A DNA stretch of 64,000 bases from Setoptus koraiensis (taxonomy: Eukaryota; Animalia; Arthropoda): NCBI GenBank assembly GCA_048013815.1, contig CM106585.1:1054001-1118000 (forward strand), given 5' to 3'. This document shows, piece by piece, positions 24,801 to 35,350 of the stretch (positions within the stretch are counted from its first letter, which is position 1; each line of letters opens with the position of its first letter). The translations under genes were made by a program, and so were the position numbers. The notes beneath the pieces were generated by a model. It did not search any database and had not been told where the DNA came from. It saw nothing but the letters and a program-made list of their open reading frames with translations.

Positions 24801-26179
24801 CGTGTTCCTCTTCCTCGCTAACATCATCATCTTCGTCGTCATCGTCGGCATCATTGACGGGCTCTGCATCCTTTAATGAGAATGAACTACAACGTGAGCT
24901 GCCCTATCATGACCGGGCCTCGTTACAACAACAATCAATTGACATCATCAATGATCCCTCGATTGCTCACCACAACAATGTTGCCGTTAGTCATTTTTCT
25001 AACAATATACCAAATCCATCAATGTCAATGAACGAACTAGGACACACAAACATAACTACATTACATCACTATCATAGCAGCAGTACTAATAGAGCAATAT
25101 TATTGGATCGAGAAAGTAATGATGATAAATCTACAAATGGATTGGCAAGGCGATTACGTTCATGTATGTCGTGTTTCTTTCCCTCGAGCAAAAATTCAAC
25201 AAATGGTAGTACAGGGGCCATTAACAAACAACGTATCAATAAATCTAAGAAACGTAAGAAGGCAGCACCGAGAAATAGTCGAATGATGGAATATAGAAGA
25301 AAACAGAGCACATTTGTGCCATCAACATTGGCGAGACCTCGAGAAGACTTTGCTTCGCATGGAATAGCCACACCAGGTAGTATGCAAGAGTTAAATAGTT
25401 TAGAGTGTTCCTCTTATACAGGTTCTTCAAGCACCAGTGGTTCGAGCTCATCCAGCGTTATTGGCGATCAAGCAGAAAATTATGAAAATATAGTAATGAG
25501 CAATAGTACTAACGAAATTGATCAACAACAAACTATCTTCAATGATGACACGACAGCGCAACAAACTCTACGTTTAGAACATCGTCAAGATGGCCCACCA
25601 CAACACAATACTCAACATTCCAATTACACGATGAACATTCTTCATAGTCTAGAATTGAATCATAATCTCAACGTGGCTGCCAGTGGTCACGATGACTGTA
25701 ACGATGAAGTTTACAATAATCATCAGACACGGGATAATAATCTGGGTGATGTTGATGTCGGAACGAAATTACCCAATGACGATAGCAGGGACTCAGCATT
25801 AGCAGACATTGGAGATCTACCAGTCAATGATCATGAGTTCTCAACGACAGACATCTATACTAACTCAATCAACAATAATAAAGAAATCAATTGCTATAAC
25901 CAAGATGAAGTTGAAGATGACATGTATCTACCCAAAGATGACGATGCCAAAGCGGACCAGGTTAGTGGCCAAAATTATTCATCCCTTATGTCACATTCAT
26001 TTACAAGCAACCATTCGTCTACAATAACCATATCCACATTGACAACCACCGATGGAGCACAAAATTCACTCAACGTTAGCTCAGTTTCGGCCAATTCACC
26101 TCAAGACCAAGATCAATTGTCCAACCAGTTGAGAGGTCTAGATCTTGATGGAGATCATAGTAACAATATGGGAGTATAA
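21830..26179 (+). CDS. Large intronless low-complexity protein with one CAP-Gly domain (about 23630-23848), 1449 aa
   Basis: Uninterrupted 4.35-kb ORF. LSLGQRVALV...GTVGWIG...VGVIFDNAIGNSDGQINGIRYF...FAMFLPLSAL is a CAP-Gly fold signature. The rest is mostly N/Q/S/T-rich and probably disordered. Confidence 0.85.
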   Translation: MGISEENRRYDQRDDSRRSSWGRNELDDEAAIEFIQDDDAHNNNANADDLFHLDEQDESGEDGMQQQQHRQRLTDSVRDDNGQIDVNNSNSNDEPASDRNERRLATSTTTNSSTGGGNQFAVVSNAIGATSNGSSSIMGEPHLSSAASSAAALIAAPLPPVAEEPQFFSLTDAEDDAVGDMMINGYANNVTTTDGGRRQQNVNINVNTANSTTVCSRFDNNNVLATLENGAGETATTNNAPPVPRQRHQAVSNGTDSGMGSGDGTCNDGNGITNNLNRNIALSSGQQSIFVGLESQGSVTSNITTNANTATTATSASNVTIASTTTSANLGVGLVTTQQTIAGIGGQQQQQPSTGGALSNTIRGASLRDRGPPLCSNTDESRHSNCKETDLYDSETVEKFEPTRASTIDSGHKGIDHQQHQQLHQQPQPHILKRPNWHQQQRQLPPIGGSVRLRGENIKQIYRDGSGTFKSRQQRDKEASQFATNNNNNNDDADDQSVVDEQQPSKFDRVGRLPSFKRNQSVSFRVNPLRRNRHSVDIRNLPSYLSNKRTSIVDVAFNAMSSLFTGGNSSNSNNQQQQSQENNHGSSSDEPIFEEPIAPTLSLGQRVALVKANGSDFGTVGWIGRIPQIEDEWAVGVIFDNAIGNSDGQINGIRYFQARYNFAMFLPLSALTKTENYIGRPETGTVLSRMSVSLRPGQMISIQRSTVRLQHCFLNAPHQRVGHDVRAVSNRLHCQCHNCGPCAHLTKQGRFTALTANVSYRHHEESIYSSSSNRHHHQHICEASMYSSGHDNCCQQPTTQLHDYIKPPIPASLLPAPSHLLFDKGSDWPSAPPMFPIETKRERHHKRRSSYRQNRHHHRRYNSNINNTNTNSNITGSKKEPIVSPPPAPLLDMATLNSIIEGKMRHGNNQPLATTTTTGLPRRTLDSTSSHDFDDTKYFADLETARLERRQNRRHLRQRNRQVSEASSTNEMFGIKQGALTESSESSMSSSCSSSSLTSSSSSSSSASLTGSASFNENELQRELPYHDRASLQQQSIDIINDPSIAHHNNVAVSHFSNNIPNPSMSMNELGHTNITTLHHYHSSSTNRAILLDRESNDDKSTNGLARRLRSCMSCFFPSSKNSTNGSTGAINKQRINKSKKRKKAAPRNSRMMEYRRKQSTFVPSTLARPREDFASHGIATPGSMQELNSLECSSYTGSSSTSGSSSSSVIGDQAENYENIVMSNSTNEIDQQQTIFNDDTTAQQTLRLEHRQDGPPQHNTQHSNYTMNILHSLELNHNLNVAASGHDDCNDEVYNNHQTRDNNLGDVDVGTKLPNDDSRDSALADIGDLPVNDHEFSTTDIYTNSINNNKEINCYNQDEVEDDMYLPKDDDAKADQVSGQNYSSLMSHSFTSNHSSTITISTLTTTDGAQNSLNVSSVSANSPQDQDQLSNQLRGLDLDGDHSNNMGV

Positions 26180-26926
26180 CGTGAGATGTTCGCTTTTGAA
26201 CAGTTTCTCTCTATCATGTCATTCGTCATTAGGATGTTCTTAGGTCCAACGAGTTGAACAAATCGTTAAAATTATCGAGGGAACGAGTCGCCTTGAAATC
26301 TGAAAACCGTTTTTAAGTTAAACATTAGCCCTTATCTTGTTAATTTACTCCTCTTCTGTTATTGATGATGGGATAATAGCGGTGAATATTATTATGACAT
26401 CATTGTTTTGTCCGCGCCAACAGAGTAAAAGATTGGCGAGCTCAGCTCAGATAAATGGTTGTCTACTTCCTTCTTTATGCCTTCTATCTGAGGCGTTTTA
26501 CCCCTTCAGTCAGGATGACAAAATATGGATGGTGAGATCAGCTGATTAAGTAATAAGCGATGCAATAAACGCCAACAAACAGCGAGTGGTCAACACCAGA
26601 AGTGTAGACACGGCTGCGTATATCTTCGGCATAAGCTGTTACACACAGAATGGGAGCATAAATTTTCGCATTATTCCCAATATTTCCTTATATTGACTGA
26701 ACTGACTAGAACCTGACCTAACAATGATGTAATAAATGATGTAATGATGTAATAAAAATAATATTGAGGCACTGATTATTGTTGTGTTGCACTAGCATAC
26801 AGAAGAGGCTGTTATGGGAAACTGCTGAATTGGGAAAAATATCTTCGATTGTCTAGATTCCTGGCGAGGAGTTCAAATGGGGAAAGTTTTTCAGATACTC
26901 ATTGGCAATGAGTCATTGCACGTGTA

Positions 26927-27178
26927 CTGGGTGGAATCTGCCGACACCTTTGACCGTAGTTCAAGAAAAATAAGTCAGAGGCGCTCGCGTCAGCCTCAAA
27001 ATTCACTTAAAAGGTGGGAGAGTCCAGATAAATGTTGCGTTTTTTCTTCTTTTTTTCTTGTTGATTCGTTTTTCGATTGCTCATTCGATCTCAAGCACGA
27101 AAAATGCGTGTACAAAAGGCGACCTCGAGCGGTTTTTCCCTGAACTGCGGCTAAAGGTATCGGCAGATTTCCACCCAG
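26927..27178. mobile_element. MITE-like non-autonomous DNA transposon with about 45-bp imperfect TIRs and TA flanks (Tc1/mariner-type)
   Basis: Left end TA|CTGGGTGGAA-TCTGCCGACACCTTTGACCGTAGTTCAAGAAAAA versus reverse complement of right end TA|CTGGGTGGAAATCTGCCGATACCTTTAGCCGCAGTTCAGGGAAAAA. TA at 26925-26926 and 27179-27180. 252 bp, no transposase. Confidence 0.75.
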
Positions 27179-27351
27179 TAAACATATGAGATAGGAATCT
27201 GACTGATGCATTGTGAAGGTTGTTTACTTTTCTACTAGAAATAGTTTGAATGAGCGCGCCAACACAGTCAGTTTTTGTGTATAATATATCAATAATATCA
27301 TTAATATCAATACTATGCATACAAATTGTATGATACAATATAATATTTGCA

Positions 27352-28332
27352 ATGGAATTATTGAGAAAAGAGATAGAGCGGAAAAGGAAAGAGATTAGCG
27401 ATTCATTGGGCCCGGACAAAAAATGTTTCAAAAGGGAGCCAGAGGAGGCTCCAATAATCCATCAAGCCAAAAGTGGAAGCCTATCCACTCCGTGTAGACA
27501 AGAGTCCAATGATGCACCCACTGCCGTGGCGATGTTGCCACGCAAAGAGGTGATTAGAAGACTGAGAGAACGAAGTCAGCCAATCAAATTATTCGGTGAA
27601 ACAGACTACGATGTATTTTTACGTTTGCGAGATTTAGAAGTGTGCGAACCAGAGATGGACAGAGGATTGAGAAACGATTTCCAGGAGGCAATGGACAAAG
27701 TTGACCAAGACTATCTTAATGAGATCAACAAATCATGCGGCTCATTAGCCTCTGTCGAGGGCCGATCCGATGTTAAAGTAACGGAAATGAACACATCCAT
27801 TGAGGAGATGAGAAAGAGTTTTGGTTCTAGCAAACGTACTGATCTGATCAAAGATTGTGATATAATATACAAATTTTTCAAATTTTTATTAGAATTATGG
27901 GGCCGTGAGCTCAACTCTAGGCCACTAACCAGCAAAATATCAACGCAAGGCAAAATTAGATCGGCCACCTATACACAAACACAAACATATCTCAAACCAT
28001 TGTTCAAACAATTAAAGAACCACACTATTGCGGAAGATATCCAAAGACACTTAACTCTCATAATAAATGATTTGCTTGATAGAAACTACGTAGGGGCGAA
28101 TGCCCACTATCTTCAGATGGCAATCGGCAACTCACCATGGCCTATAGGTGTCACCATGGTTGGAATTCACGCAAGAACAGGTCGTGAAAAGATTTCTATG
28201 CAAAATATAGCACATGTTTTAAATGATGAAACTCAAAGGAAATACATTCAAGGCATCAAGCGACTTATGACCCAGTGTCAAAAGTCCTTCCCAACTGATC
28301 CGTCTCGTTCAGTGGAATATCAGGCTATCTAG
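27352..28332 (+). CDS. PRPF18: Pre-mRNA splicing factor 18, intronless, 326 aa
   Basis: PRP4-like motif (PRKEVIRRLRERSQPIKLFGETD) and Prp18 domain (YLQMAIGNSPWPIGVTMVGIHARTGREKI...LNDETQRKYIQGIKRLMTQCQKSFPTDPSRSVEY). Confidence 0.97.
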   Translation: MELLRKEIERKRKEISDSLGPDKKCFKREPEEAPIIHQAKSGSLSTPCRQESNDAPTAVAMLPRKEVIRRLRERSQPIKLFGETDYDVFLRLRDLEVCEPEMDRGLRNDFQEAMDKVDQDYLNEINKSCGSLASVEGRSDVKVTEMNTSIEEMRKSFGSSKRTDLIKDCDIIYKFFKFLLELWGRELNSRPLTSKISTQGKIRSATYTQTQTYLKPLFKQLKNHTIAEDIQRHLTLIINDLLDRNYVGANAHYLQMAIGNSPWPIGVTMVGIHARTGREKISMQNIAHVLNDETQRKYIQGIKRLMTQCQKSFPTDPSRSVEYQAI

Positions 28333-28382
28333 AATAGACGCCTTACACAGCAACACAGATGCGACAGAGATAACTATCATAA

Positions 28383-29070
<688 letters not shown>

Positions 29071-29079
29071 TCATAATCT

Positions 29080-30030
29080 TCAGTATAGTTCTGCCTCACT
29101 TGCTTCAGACATCATATAATATTCTACGGAGCATTTCCTCTGAACGTTTTCTTGTGATGACATTGCAGTGTTGTAACTCTTTATGTGCTCTAGGCATAGT
29201 AGTCCGTAACTATCGCATTTGAGAGTTACTCTTGACGAAGTTGTTAATGCTTGTATAGCAGGTTTCATAAAACTTGTTCTATATCTAAAATTGAACGTGG
29301 AAGATAAGGGACATTTGTTGGTTCCACCAATGATGATGTTTTCCTGTGGGCTGTCAACGACTACTACTTCAACTTGACCTAACTCTGAATTTGTTGTCAA
29401 TTTCAAAGGGGTACCCGAATTCTCCAAAGATATCTCTATGAAGTTGCTGGAAAAATCCAGACTACTTATCAATTCGTAGAATTTACTTGAATTAAAGGTG
29501 ATGCTTCCAATGTTTCCATCATCACCCTCTCCGTATCCTAAAGGCAAAACTTCGGCTTCAAAAGATTTCAAATCAATTCTTGCCGTGTACGATCCCAACT
29601 CCAACTTGAGCTTCTTTTGGTCCCCCCTACTTCTATACTGCATATACAAAGATGTTGGAAACCGTGAAGTGTTATTGGTATGTACTTGACTATCATCGTC
29701 GTTGGACAAATCATCACAGAGTAAATTAAGACACTGGATATAGTGTTTCAATAGAAATCCAAATTCTGTGTCCTGATTTGAATTATATACATAAATTTCA
29801 AACATTTCTTTCTCAAACAGCACGGACACTTGGAACGAAGGTTCACCCGACGTAACTATCCTAACTCCTTGCTTGTTTATCACAAAGACAGACTTGTCGT
29901 TGACATGATTGATCTCTTTGAGAACTTGGCTCATTATAGCGACATCACAAAGATTGGCAGTGAATATTGAGTTTTCTGTTGAATCAAGGACGGAATTTCC
30001 AATCGGAGGTACAGTTGAGCTGGTGGACAT
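29080..30030 (-). CDS. RAD1: Cell-cycle checkpoint protein RAD1 (9-1-1 clamp subunit), intronless, 316 aa
   Basis: Colinear with Rad1/Rec1: N-terminal ANLCDVAIMSQVLKEI, KQGVRIVT, and C-terminal RYRTSFMKPAIQALTTSSRVTLKCDSYGLLCLE...VEYY (human RYKISLLKPSTKALVLSCKVSIRTDNRGFLSLQ...VEYY). Confidence 0.88.
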   Translation of the reverse strand: MSTSSTVPPIGNSVLDSTENSIFTANLCDVAIMSQVLKEINHVNDKSVFVINKQGVRIVTSGEPSFQVSVLFEKEMFEIYVYNSNQDTEFGFLLKHYIQCLNLLCDDLSNDDDSQVHTNNTSRFPTSLYMQYRSRGDQKKLKLELGSYTARIDLKSFEAEVLPLGYGEGDDGNIGSITFNSSKFYELISSLDFSSNFIEISLENSGTPLKLTTNSELGQVEVVVVDSPQENIIIGGTNKCPLSSTFNFRYRTSFMKPAIQALTTSSRVTLKCDSYGLLCLEHIKSYNTAMSSQENVQRKCSVEYYMMSEASEAELY

Positions 30031-30152
30031 GTTGAGATTGCTAACTGTATTTGATATGAAAAGGAGCTAAAGGGTTGTGAAGACCTCATATTGAGGCCCC
30101 CACAGTGAGGATCAATTCGACAAGGTCCAAGAGCTCCTGTGCAGCACACAGG

Positions 30153-30471
30153 CACAGTGTGTTTTATTGATCAATATTCTGCTTGAAACACCCTTTATTG
30201 TGTGCCTTTATTGCATAATGCAATTTGCATTATTGCTCTCAAGATGCCCAGTATTTTGCTTACGCACGAACTGTGCGGCATAAGCAAGCGCAGTGTAGGT
30301 AAGATTTTTCTGATGCACCCACATTGATTTACAAAAGATCCGCGAGGACGGCGCTGCATTGCATTCTCTGTAAAACAACATGAGAGCAACGCCTCTAGTG
30401 GATCGCTCGTAAAACATCGGTGCACATAGGAGAGGCGGCAAGCAGTGTTTTTGTGCAGAAAATGCACTGTG
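30153..30471. mobile_element. Candidate degenerate Transib-like non-autonomous element with CACAGTG termini
   Basis: The 33-bp ends match in inverted orientation at 23/33 positions without gaps, including CACAGTG (1-7) and CTGCTTG (27-33). The 5-bp flanks ACAGG and GAAGG match at 3/5. No coding capacity. Confidence 0.5.
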
Positions 30472-31110
30472 GAAGGCAGAGTAGCATAATCTATAGGAAC
30501 TTCGTTGCTTGGTCTTTGCGCCCTATATGTAGAGTGCTTTTGTAAAAATTCGGTGACCAAATCAGGCGGTGTGTATGTGTACAAATAGATTGGGTGCTTT
30601 TGTGCACAACATGATGATGATTTTCCGTGGCTTTGGCACAGTTCGATGTGAATTCGCTAACGAGACAAGCTTACACCATTTAGCTATTACACTCACTCAA
30701 TCGCTCTCTCACTCACTTGCACACTCAAACACTGGATACATGTGTAAATCCAAGTCCATCTTCGGATGATGCCCTAGATCGTTGTCTTCACATTATTGTT
30801 ATACAATATCGCTCATTACTAGCAAAATAGGAGAGAATAGGATAACAGACAGATAAGAAGAAGCATTTGTGGCAGTTGTCACCAGAAGTAACAATTATAC
30901 ACTCACTAGCGTCTAGTGTCACGGTGAATAAAGTCACAACACACACGTTCAACCAATATTAAAACTTATTTATTTTTACTAATCTGTTGATCATCCAACA
31001 TCCATTAGCAGGATTTAAATTATTCATTATATTTATTCGGTATTTAATTTACATCCATCCGTTAAGTGCAGCATCAAATCAAACTTATAAAATACACCCA
31101 AAACGCGAGG

Positions 31111-32010
31111 ATGAGCGCAAAGTTGGTATGGATTCCCATGGAATCAAATCCGGATGTGATAAATTCTTTTCTTCGATCAGTGGGCGTTAAGCCGTGCGTC
31201 AAAGTAGTGGATGTACTCGGTTTTGATGATGATTTACTCCAAATGGTTGAAGGCAAAGTAGAGGGTCTGTTATTACTTTTTCCAGTAAGCAGCTCTGCCA
31301 ATTATGTTGTTGACGAGAAAGCAAAAGAAAAATTATACTTCATGCGCCAGACAATAAGAAATGCTTGCGCAACCATGGCGATAGTCCACTTGCTCGCCAA
31401 TCAATGCACCGATGACGATTTTGAGCCAGGATCGACTATACGTAGCTTTATTAAAGAGTCTAGTCAGCTTGAACCAGAAGTCAAAGCAAATAAATTCGAG
31501 AAATGTCAGACAATAGCAACAGCACATGAGAAGGTAAGTTTATCTATACTCTAATTTTTCCTTTACATCGGTAATCCACACAATTGAAACGTGTGTTCTG
31601 ATAATGATCGCCTTTTCGACGTTATGTTAAATGAAGAAACTTATACACTGTTACGATTTTGAAAGTCTATATAATTCAACATCAGATTAGTCAACTCGAC
31701 GATGTCCAATATACCTTTTTCAATCCAACTAACTCGAATGTTCATTCTCTTCAATTTGATCATTTAGGCCAGCGTTGAGGGTCAAACCGAGGCTCCACCC
31801 GCGTCCGATTCAGTGGAATACCACTACATCAGTATACTACATAAAGATAACACCATATATGAGATGGATGGCAGCAAAACGGGTCCAATCAATCATGGAC
31901 CTACCACCCAAGAGACCTTTCTCAAAGACGGTGTTAAAGTTTGTCAAAAGTTTGTGCAAGGTGATCCGGAAAACCCAAACTTCTCAGTGTTGGCCTTTGT
32001 GCGCGAATGA
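31111..32010 (+). CDS. Ubiquitin C-terminal hydrolase, UCH-L1/L3 class; exons 31111..31533 and 31768..32010 (221 aa)
   Basis: WIPMESNPDV, LLLLFP, FMRQTIRNAC (catalytic Gln and Cys), YHY (His) and YEMDG (Asp); phase-0 GT-AG intron. Cannot be assigned to UCHL1 or UCHL3 specifically. Confidence 0.93.
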
Positions 32011-32072
32011 GCCAATCAGACTACGCTTCATTTACGGTCTATAACATCGCTAAGCAATAAATATTGAATAAT

Positions 32073-32738
32073 TTATTGTTCCACTAGTTCTGGTGGCATA
32101 GTATATCTTTGCCACCTATGTATAGTAACTCTAGAGCGACCTTTCGAAGTCATTAGATCATGAACACTATCAATGAGAACTCTCATAGCCAATGCTGTGC
32201 CATCCTCCTCTCGTTTGACAATCATACAAATATCATCACCCTCCTGCAATTCCATGGCCTTTTTAGTAGGCAGCTCTCTATTTACTAGTAGTTCCTTCTT
32301 GTAAACGGCTTCCTCTATTCTTTGACGGGTTTTGCCGAATGCCACATGAGCTATTGCGTCTAATCTCATTGAAACAACTTCTATGACTTTTTCTTCATAG
32401 TCCCTGGGAAGGCCGGCGATTGAACCATCGGCAAGAAGTGGATTCTCTCCAGCGTCTTCATCATTTTCGTCATCAGATTCCTCATCCTGGTTTTTTCTTT
32501 GACCTCTCCTTTTCTTGTACCTCTTTTGTACTGTATTCACTAGATGGTGGTTACGAAATGCCGTGTTACCGAAATTTCTTACTTCACTATTCAAAAAGAA
32601 GGGCTGTCCAATAGTGTCGAACCCAGTTGATGATGATAATTTCTTGTGGCATATGTTATAACTCGGCAGGGCTACCAGACGTGGATGAAGCATCCGTCTT
32701 GAAAATAGAGAACGTGTCAACAATCCGAGATTTGACAT
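32073..32738 (-). CDS. MTRES1: Mitochondrial transcription rescue factor 1 (C6orf203, S4-like RNA-binding domain)
   Basis: Arg/Ser/Leu-rich presequence from MSNLGLLTRSLFSRR, a basic KRYKKRRG patch, an acidic tract, then SMRLDAIAHVAFGKTRQRIEEAVYKKELLVN...EGDDI...MRV...RVTIHRW, colinear with C6orf203. Start taken at the second Met of the 32073..32834 ORF. Confidence 0.85.
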   Translation of the reverse strand: MSNLGLLTRSLFSRRMLHPRLVALPSYNICHKKLSSSTGFDTIGQPFFLNSEVRNFGNTAFRNHHLVNTVQKRYKKRRGQRKNQDEESDDENDEDAGENPLLADGSIAGLPRDYEEKVIEVVSMRLDAIAHVAFGKTRQRIEEAVYKKELLVNRELPTKKAMELQEGDDICMIVKREEDGTALAMRVLIDSVHDLMTSKGRSRVTIHRWQRYTMPPELVEQ

Positions 32739-33194
32739 GATGGTGATAGTAAATATTTTCGATCGGCCAACTAGAAAGAAGAGGCTGAAAAAAATCGATG
32801 GAGAGCAAGGTGCATGATGATCTAGACGCGGCAACTTATCCTACAGCGCGAAATTCGATTTAGTTTGTTGATGAATTTTTCGACATGGAAAGGAGATTTG
32901 AGGAATATTTCCAATGATCCAACGAATATTGATAGTGGCTCGTGACAATCCCAGATGGATTTTCGACAAGACAATTGGTTGACGACGGATCGCTCAAGAG
33001 ATCAGAGACTAAGGCTTGTGGTTATTGAAAGAAATAGCGAGAAGGCACCGGTTGATTTCCAAAAAGAGAATTATCTTATCAAAAGGATGTAAACAAATTA
33101 GTTTATTGGAACTGCTCAGTCACTAGTATCTATAGGTTCATAAGGTTGAATGTACAAGTATAAGAAGGAACTCGTGATGAGTTGAGAAACTGTC

Positions 33195-33518
33195 TTATAG
33201 CTTTTTTTGCGTATCATAGATGCCATTATCTACCCAGGTCATAGAATCATTTGCTTGAGAGTGAGGGGCTCTTTGTGCGCTCTGTAACTTTGGTCCTGTC
33301 CTTACAGCTCCAGGATGAAATGATCGATATGTGTTTTCTAAGTCTGATATCTGCATGAACAAAGTGTCGAGTGAGGCGGTGAGATTACTGAACTGTTGTA
33401 CCTTGCTGTTGCTTGGCCTGCAGAAGCCATTCTGAGTAGCATGTTGACCATGGATTAATTTTGTTTTGTTTGAATTGAGATCTAGTCCATCAAGAGCTTC
33501 ACTGAGTCCAGCATCCAT
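33195..33518 (-). CDS. Uncharacterised 107-aa ORF
   Basis: ATG in caaATG context and normal amino-acid composition. No recognisable domain, and no good acceptor was found to join it to the 33762..35042 ORF. Confidence 0.45.
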   Translation of the reverse strand: MDAGLSEALDGLDLNSNKTKLIHGQHATQNGFCRPSNSKVQQFSNLTASLDTLFMQISDLENTYRSFHPGAVRTGPKLQSAQRAPHSQANDSMTWVDNGIYDTQKKL

Positions 33519-33761
33519 TTGGTCAGGAGTAATTATATATATTTATCTTGTCTCAGGAGATAACTACAATAGGATAATGATAGCAGCTAAGTTACATGAA
33601 AAACATCTGAATAGGTAGGAATAAATAGTCTAAATAATAATATGATATACATGTAGCAAAAGTAGCAACAGCCTCCTCAAATCCCATCTGGAGCGCCAAT
33701 TTCAATCTGGATTCGCATGTCTAGATGACCAAACTTGTTGCGCAGACATTTGACACGGTTA

Positions 33762-35042
33762 TTAGTAAGGTATTAGCTTACTAAGCTTACTCGTAATGTA
33801 ATTGTATCCATCTGCCATCATATTGTAGAAGAATGAGCTACTATTTCGAGTTGTTTGAACAGTTGCACAGCTAGTATTGCAGTTTTCTTCTACTTGTGAT
33901 ACTTCTTTAGATGATGGATTGCTGACATGTGAAGAATTGTCGCGTTGTGTAACGGTGTTGTCGGGGTTTGTGTCACCAGGCGCTTGATCATTGATTTTGC
34001 GTATGATTCCAGGTAAATGATAGAATGGAGCAATTTTAGCTACTTTGGGAGGCGAGAATAAGTTTCCGTCATCTTCGTGGGATTGACAGCTATCAGATGT
34101 ATCAGAGTTGGCTAGTTCGTTGGAAGCGGCCGGAGCAGGCGAAAAAACATGTGGAACTTGGCTCAGGGGTCGTTTAAGTGACTTGCGTCTTGGACTTGGT
34201 TTAGACAAGGATAAGGACGATTTTTGTTGGCTTGGTTTACTACTATTGTTGCTAGCTTTATCATGCGGATCGTCTGATTTTTTCAATATGATATCTAATA
34301 GGTCTTCGTCATCATCGTCATCCTCTTCTTCTCCATCTTCCCCATCACTATTATTTGTAGAACTGTTTTGGTCTTTGGCATGTGGTGATCTGTATGGACT
34401 TAAAGATAGTTCAATAGGATCGATAGGATATATGGTGGGCTCATATTCGAATTTGCTGGATACAAGAGGATTTGTGAAAAGTACCCTATCTGAGCGTGCT
34501 CTAGTTGTTTTATATGTTCTATTGACCCGACTACCTAGAATGCCTGTCTTGGTTCTCTGAGTGACAGCGGGCTTTCTCCTAGTTGAAAGCGAGTGCGTAG
34601 AGTTGTTGTTGGCGCAGCCAGTGAATAAGTTAATGGTCTTGTTTAGGTATTGTTGATTGAGATTATGCAAACCATTGGCGATCTGAGGTGCAGGGTTTTG
34701 CTCTGGGGCCGGCATTTTCATTTGTCTGCTAGTGTGGTCTCTTTTAATATTGTTGTTGGGGTCGTCTCTATTTATTGTTACAGTGGAGGTGAAAGTTGGC
34801 ACTGAGGTGTTTTTGTTATTGTCACTGGTGGCTTTGTGATCTAGAGCTGCCTTGAGCATGGCGGAACCGCGCGATGATGGACTGAATGGGGCACTCTTTT
34901 TCTCTGGGCCTTTTATATGGCTAATGCCGTTGGACATGGCGACAGTGGGTTGTTGTTTGGGTCCGGTTGATCTAATTGTGTTGCCGTTGTTGGCTGAGGT
35001 TAATAGAGAAGACGACGAGTTTTTTACTCTCTCGGTAGTCAT
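33762..35042 (-). CDS. Uncharacterised S/N/T-rich, probably disordered protein, 426 aa
   Basis: 1.28-kb open frame with acidic and basic tracts. A probable 5'UTR exon donor (G|GTGAGT on the minus strand) lies near 35360. No recognisable domain. Confidence 0.7.
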   Translation of the reverse strand: MTTERVKNSSSSLLTSANNGNTIRSTGPKQQPTVAMSNGISHIKGPEKKSAPFSPSSRGSAMLKAALDHKATSDNNKNTSVPTFTSTVTINRDDPNNNIKRDHTSRQMKMPAPEQNPAPQIANGLHNLNQQYLNKTINLFTGCANNNSTHSLSTRRKPAVTQRTKTGILGSRVNRTYKTTRARSDRVLFTNPLVSSKFEYEPTIYPIDPIELSLSPYRSPHAKDQNSSTNNSDGEDGEEEDDDDDEDLLDIILKKSDDPHDKASNNSSKPSQQKSSLSLSKPSPRRKSLKRPLSQVPHVFSPAPAASNELANSDTSDSCQSHEDDGNLFSPPKVAKIAPFYHLPGIIRKINDQAPGDTNPDNTVTQRDNSSHVSNPSSKEVSQVEENCNTSCATVQTTRNSSSFFYNMMADGYNYITSKLSKLIPY

Positions 35043-35315
35043 GACTGCTAGATAATTATCTAATCTTCGATGACGCCTGTGAATATTTTTCGCTTGTTTG
35101 TTGTCAGTTTGAGCGACTATTGTCTCAATGGTTATTACTGTGTGTGTCGCCCCAAAACGATTATTAGATTGATACGAATTACTAAGGCAGACTGCAGTTA
35201 ATGTCGGATGACTTTTGGAGAAATGCTGACACTGTCTGTGGGCATGTAATGAATAGATTGATGTTTAAGTAGCAAAAAGCCTGACTAACAAATGTAAATC
35301 AAAACGACGGCGACG

Positions 35316-35350
<35 letters not shown>

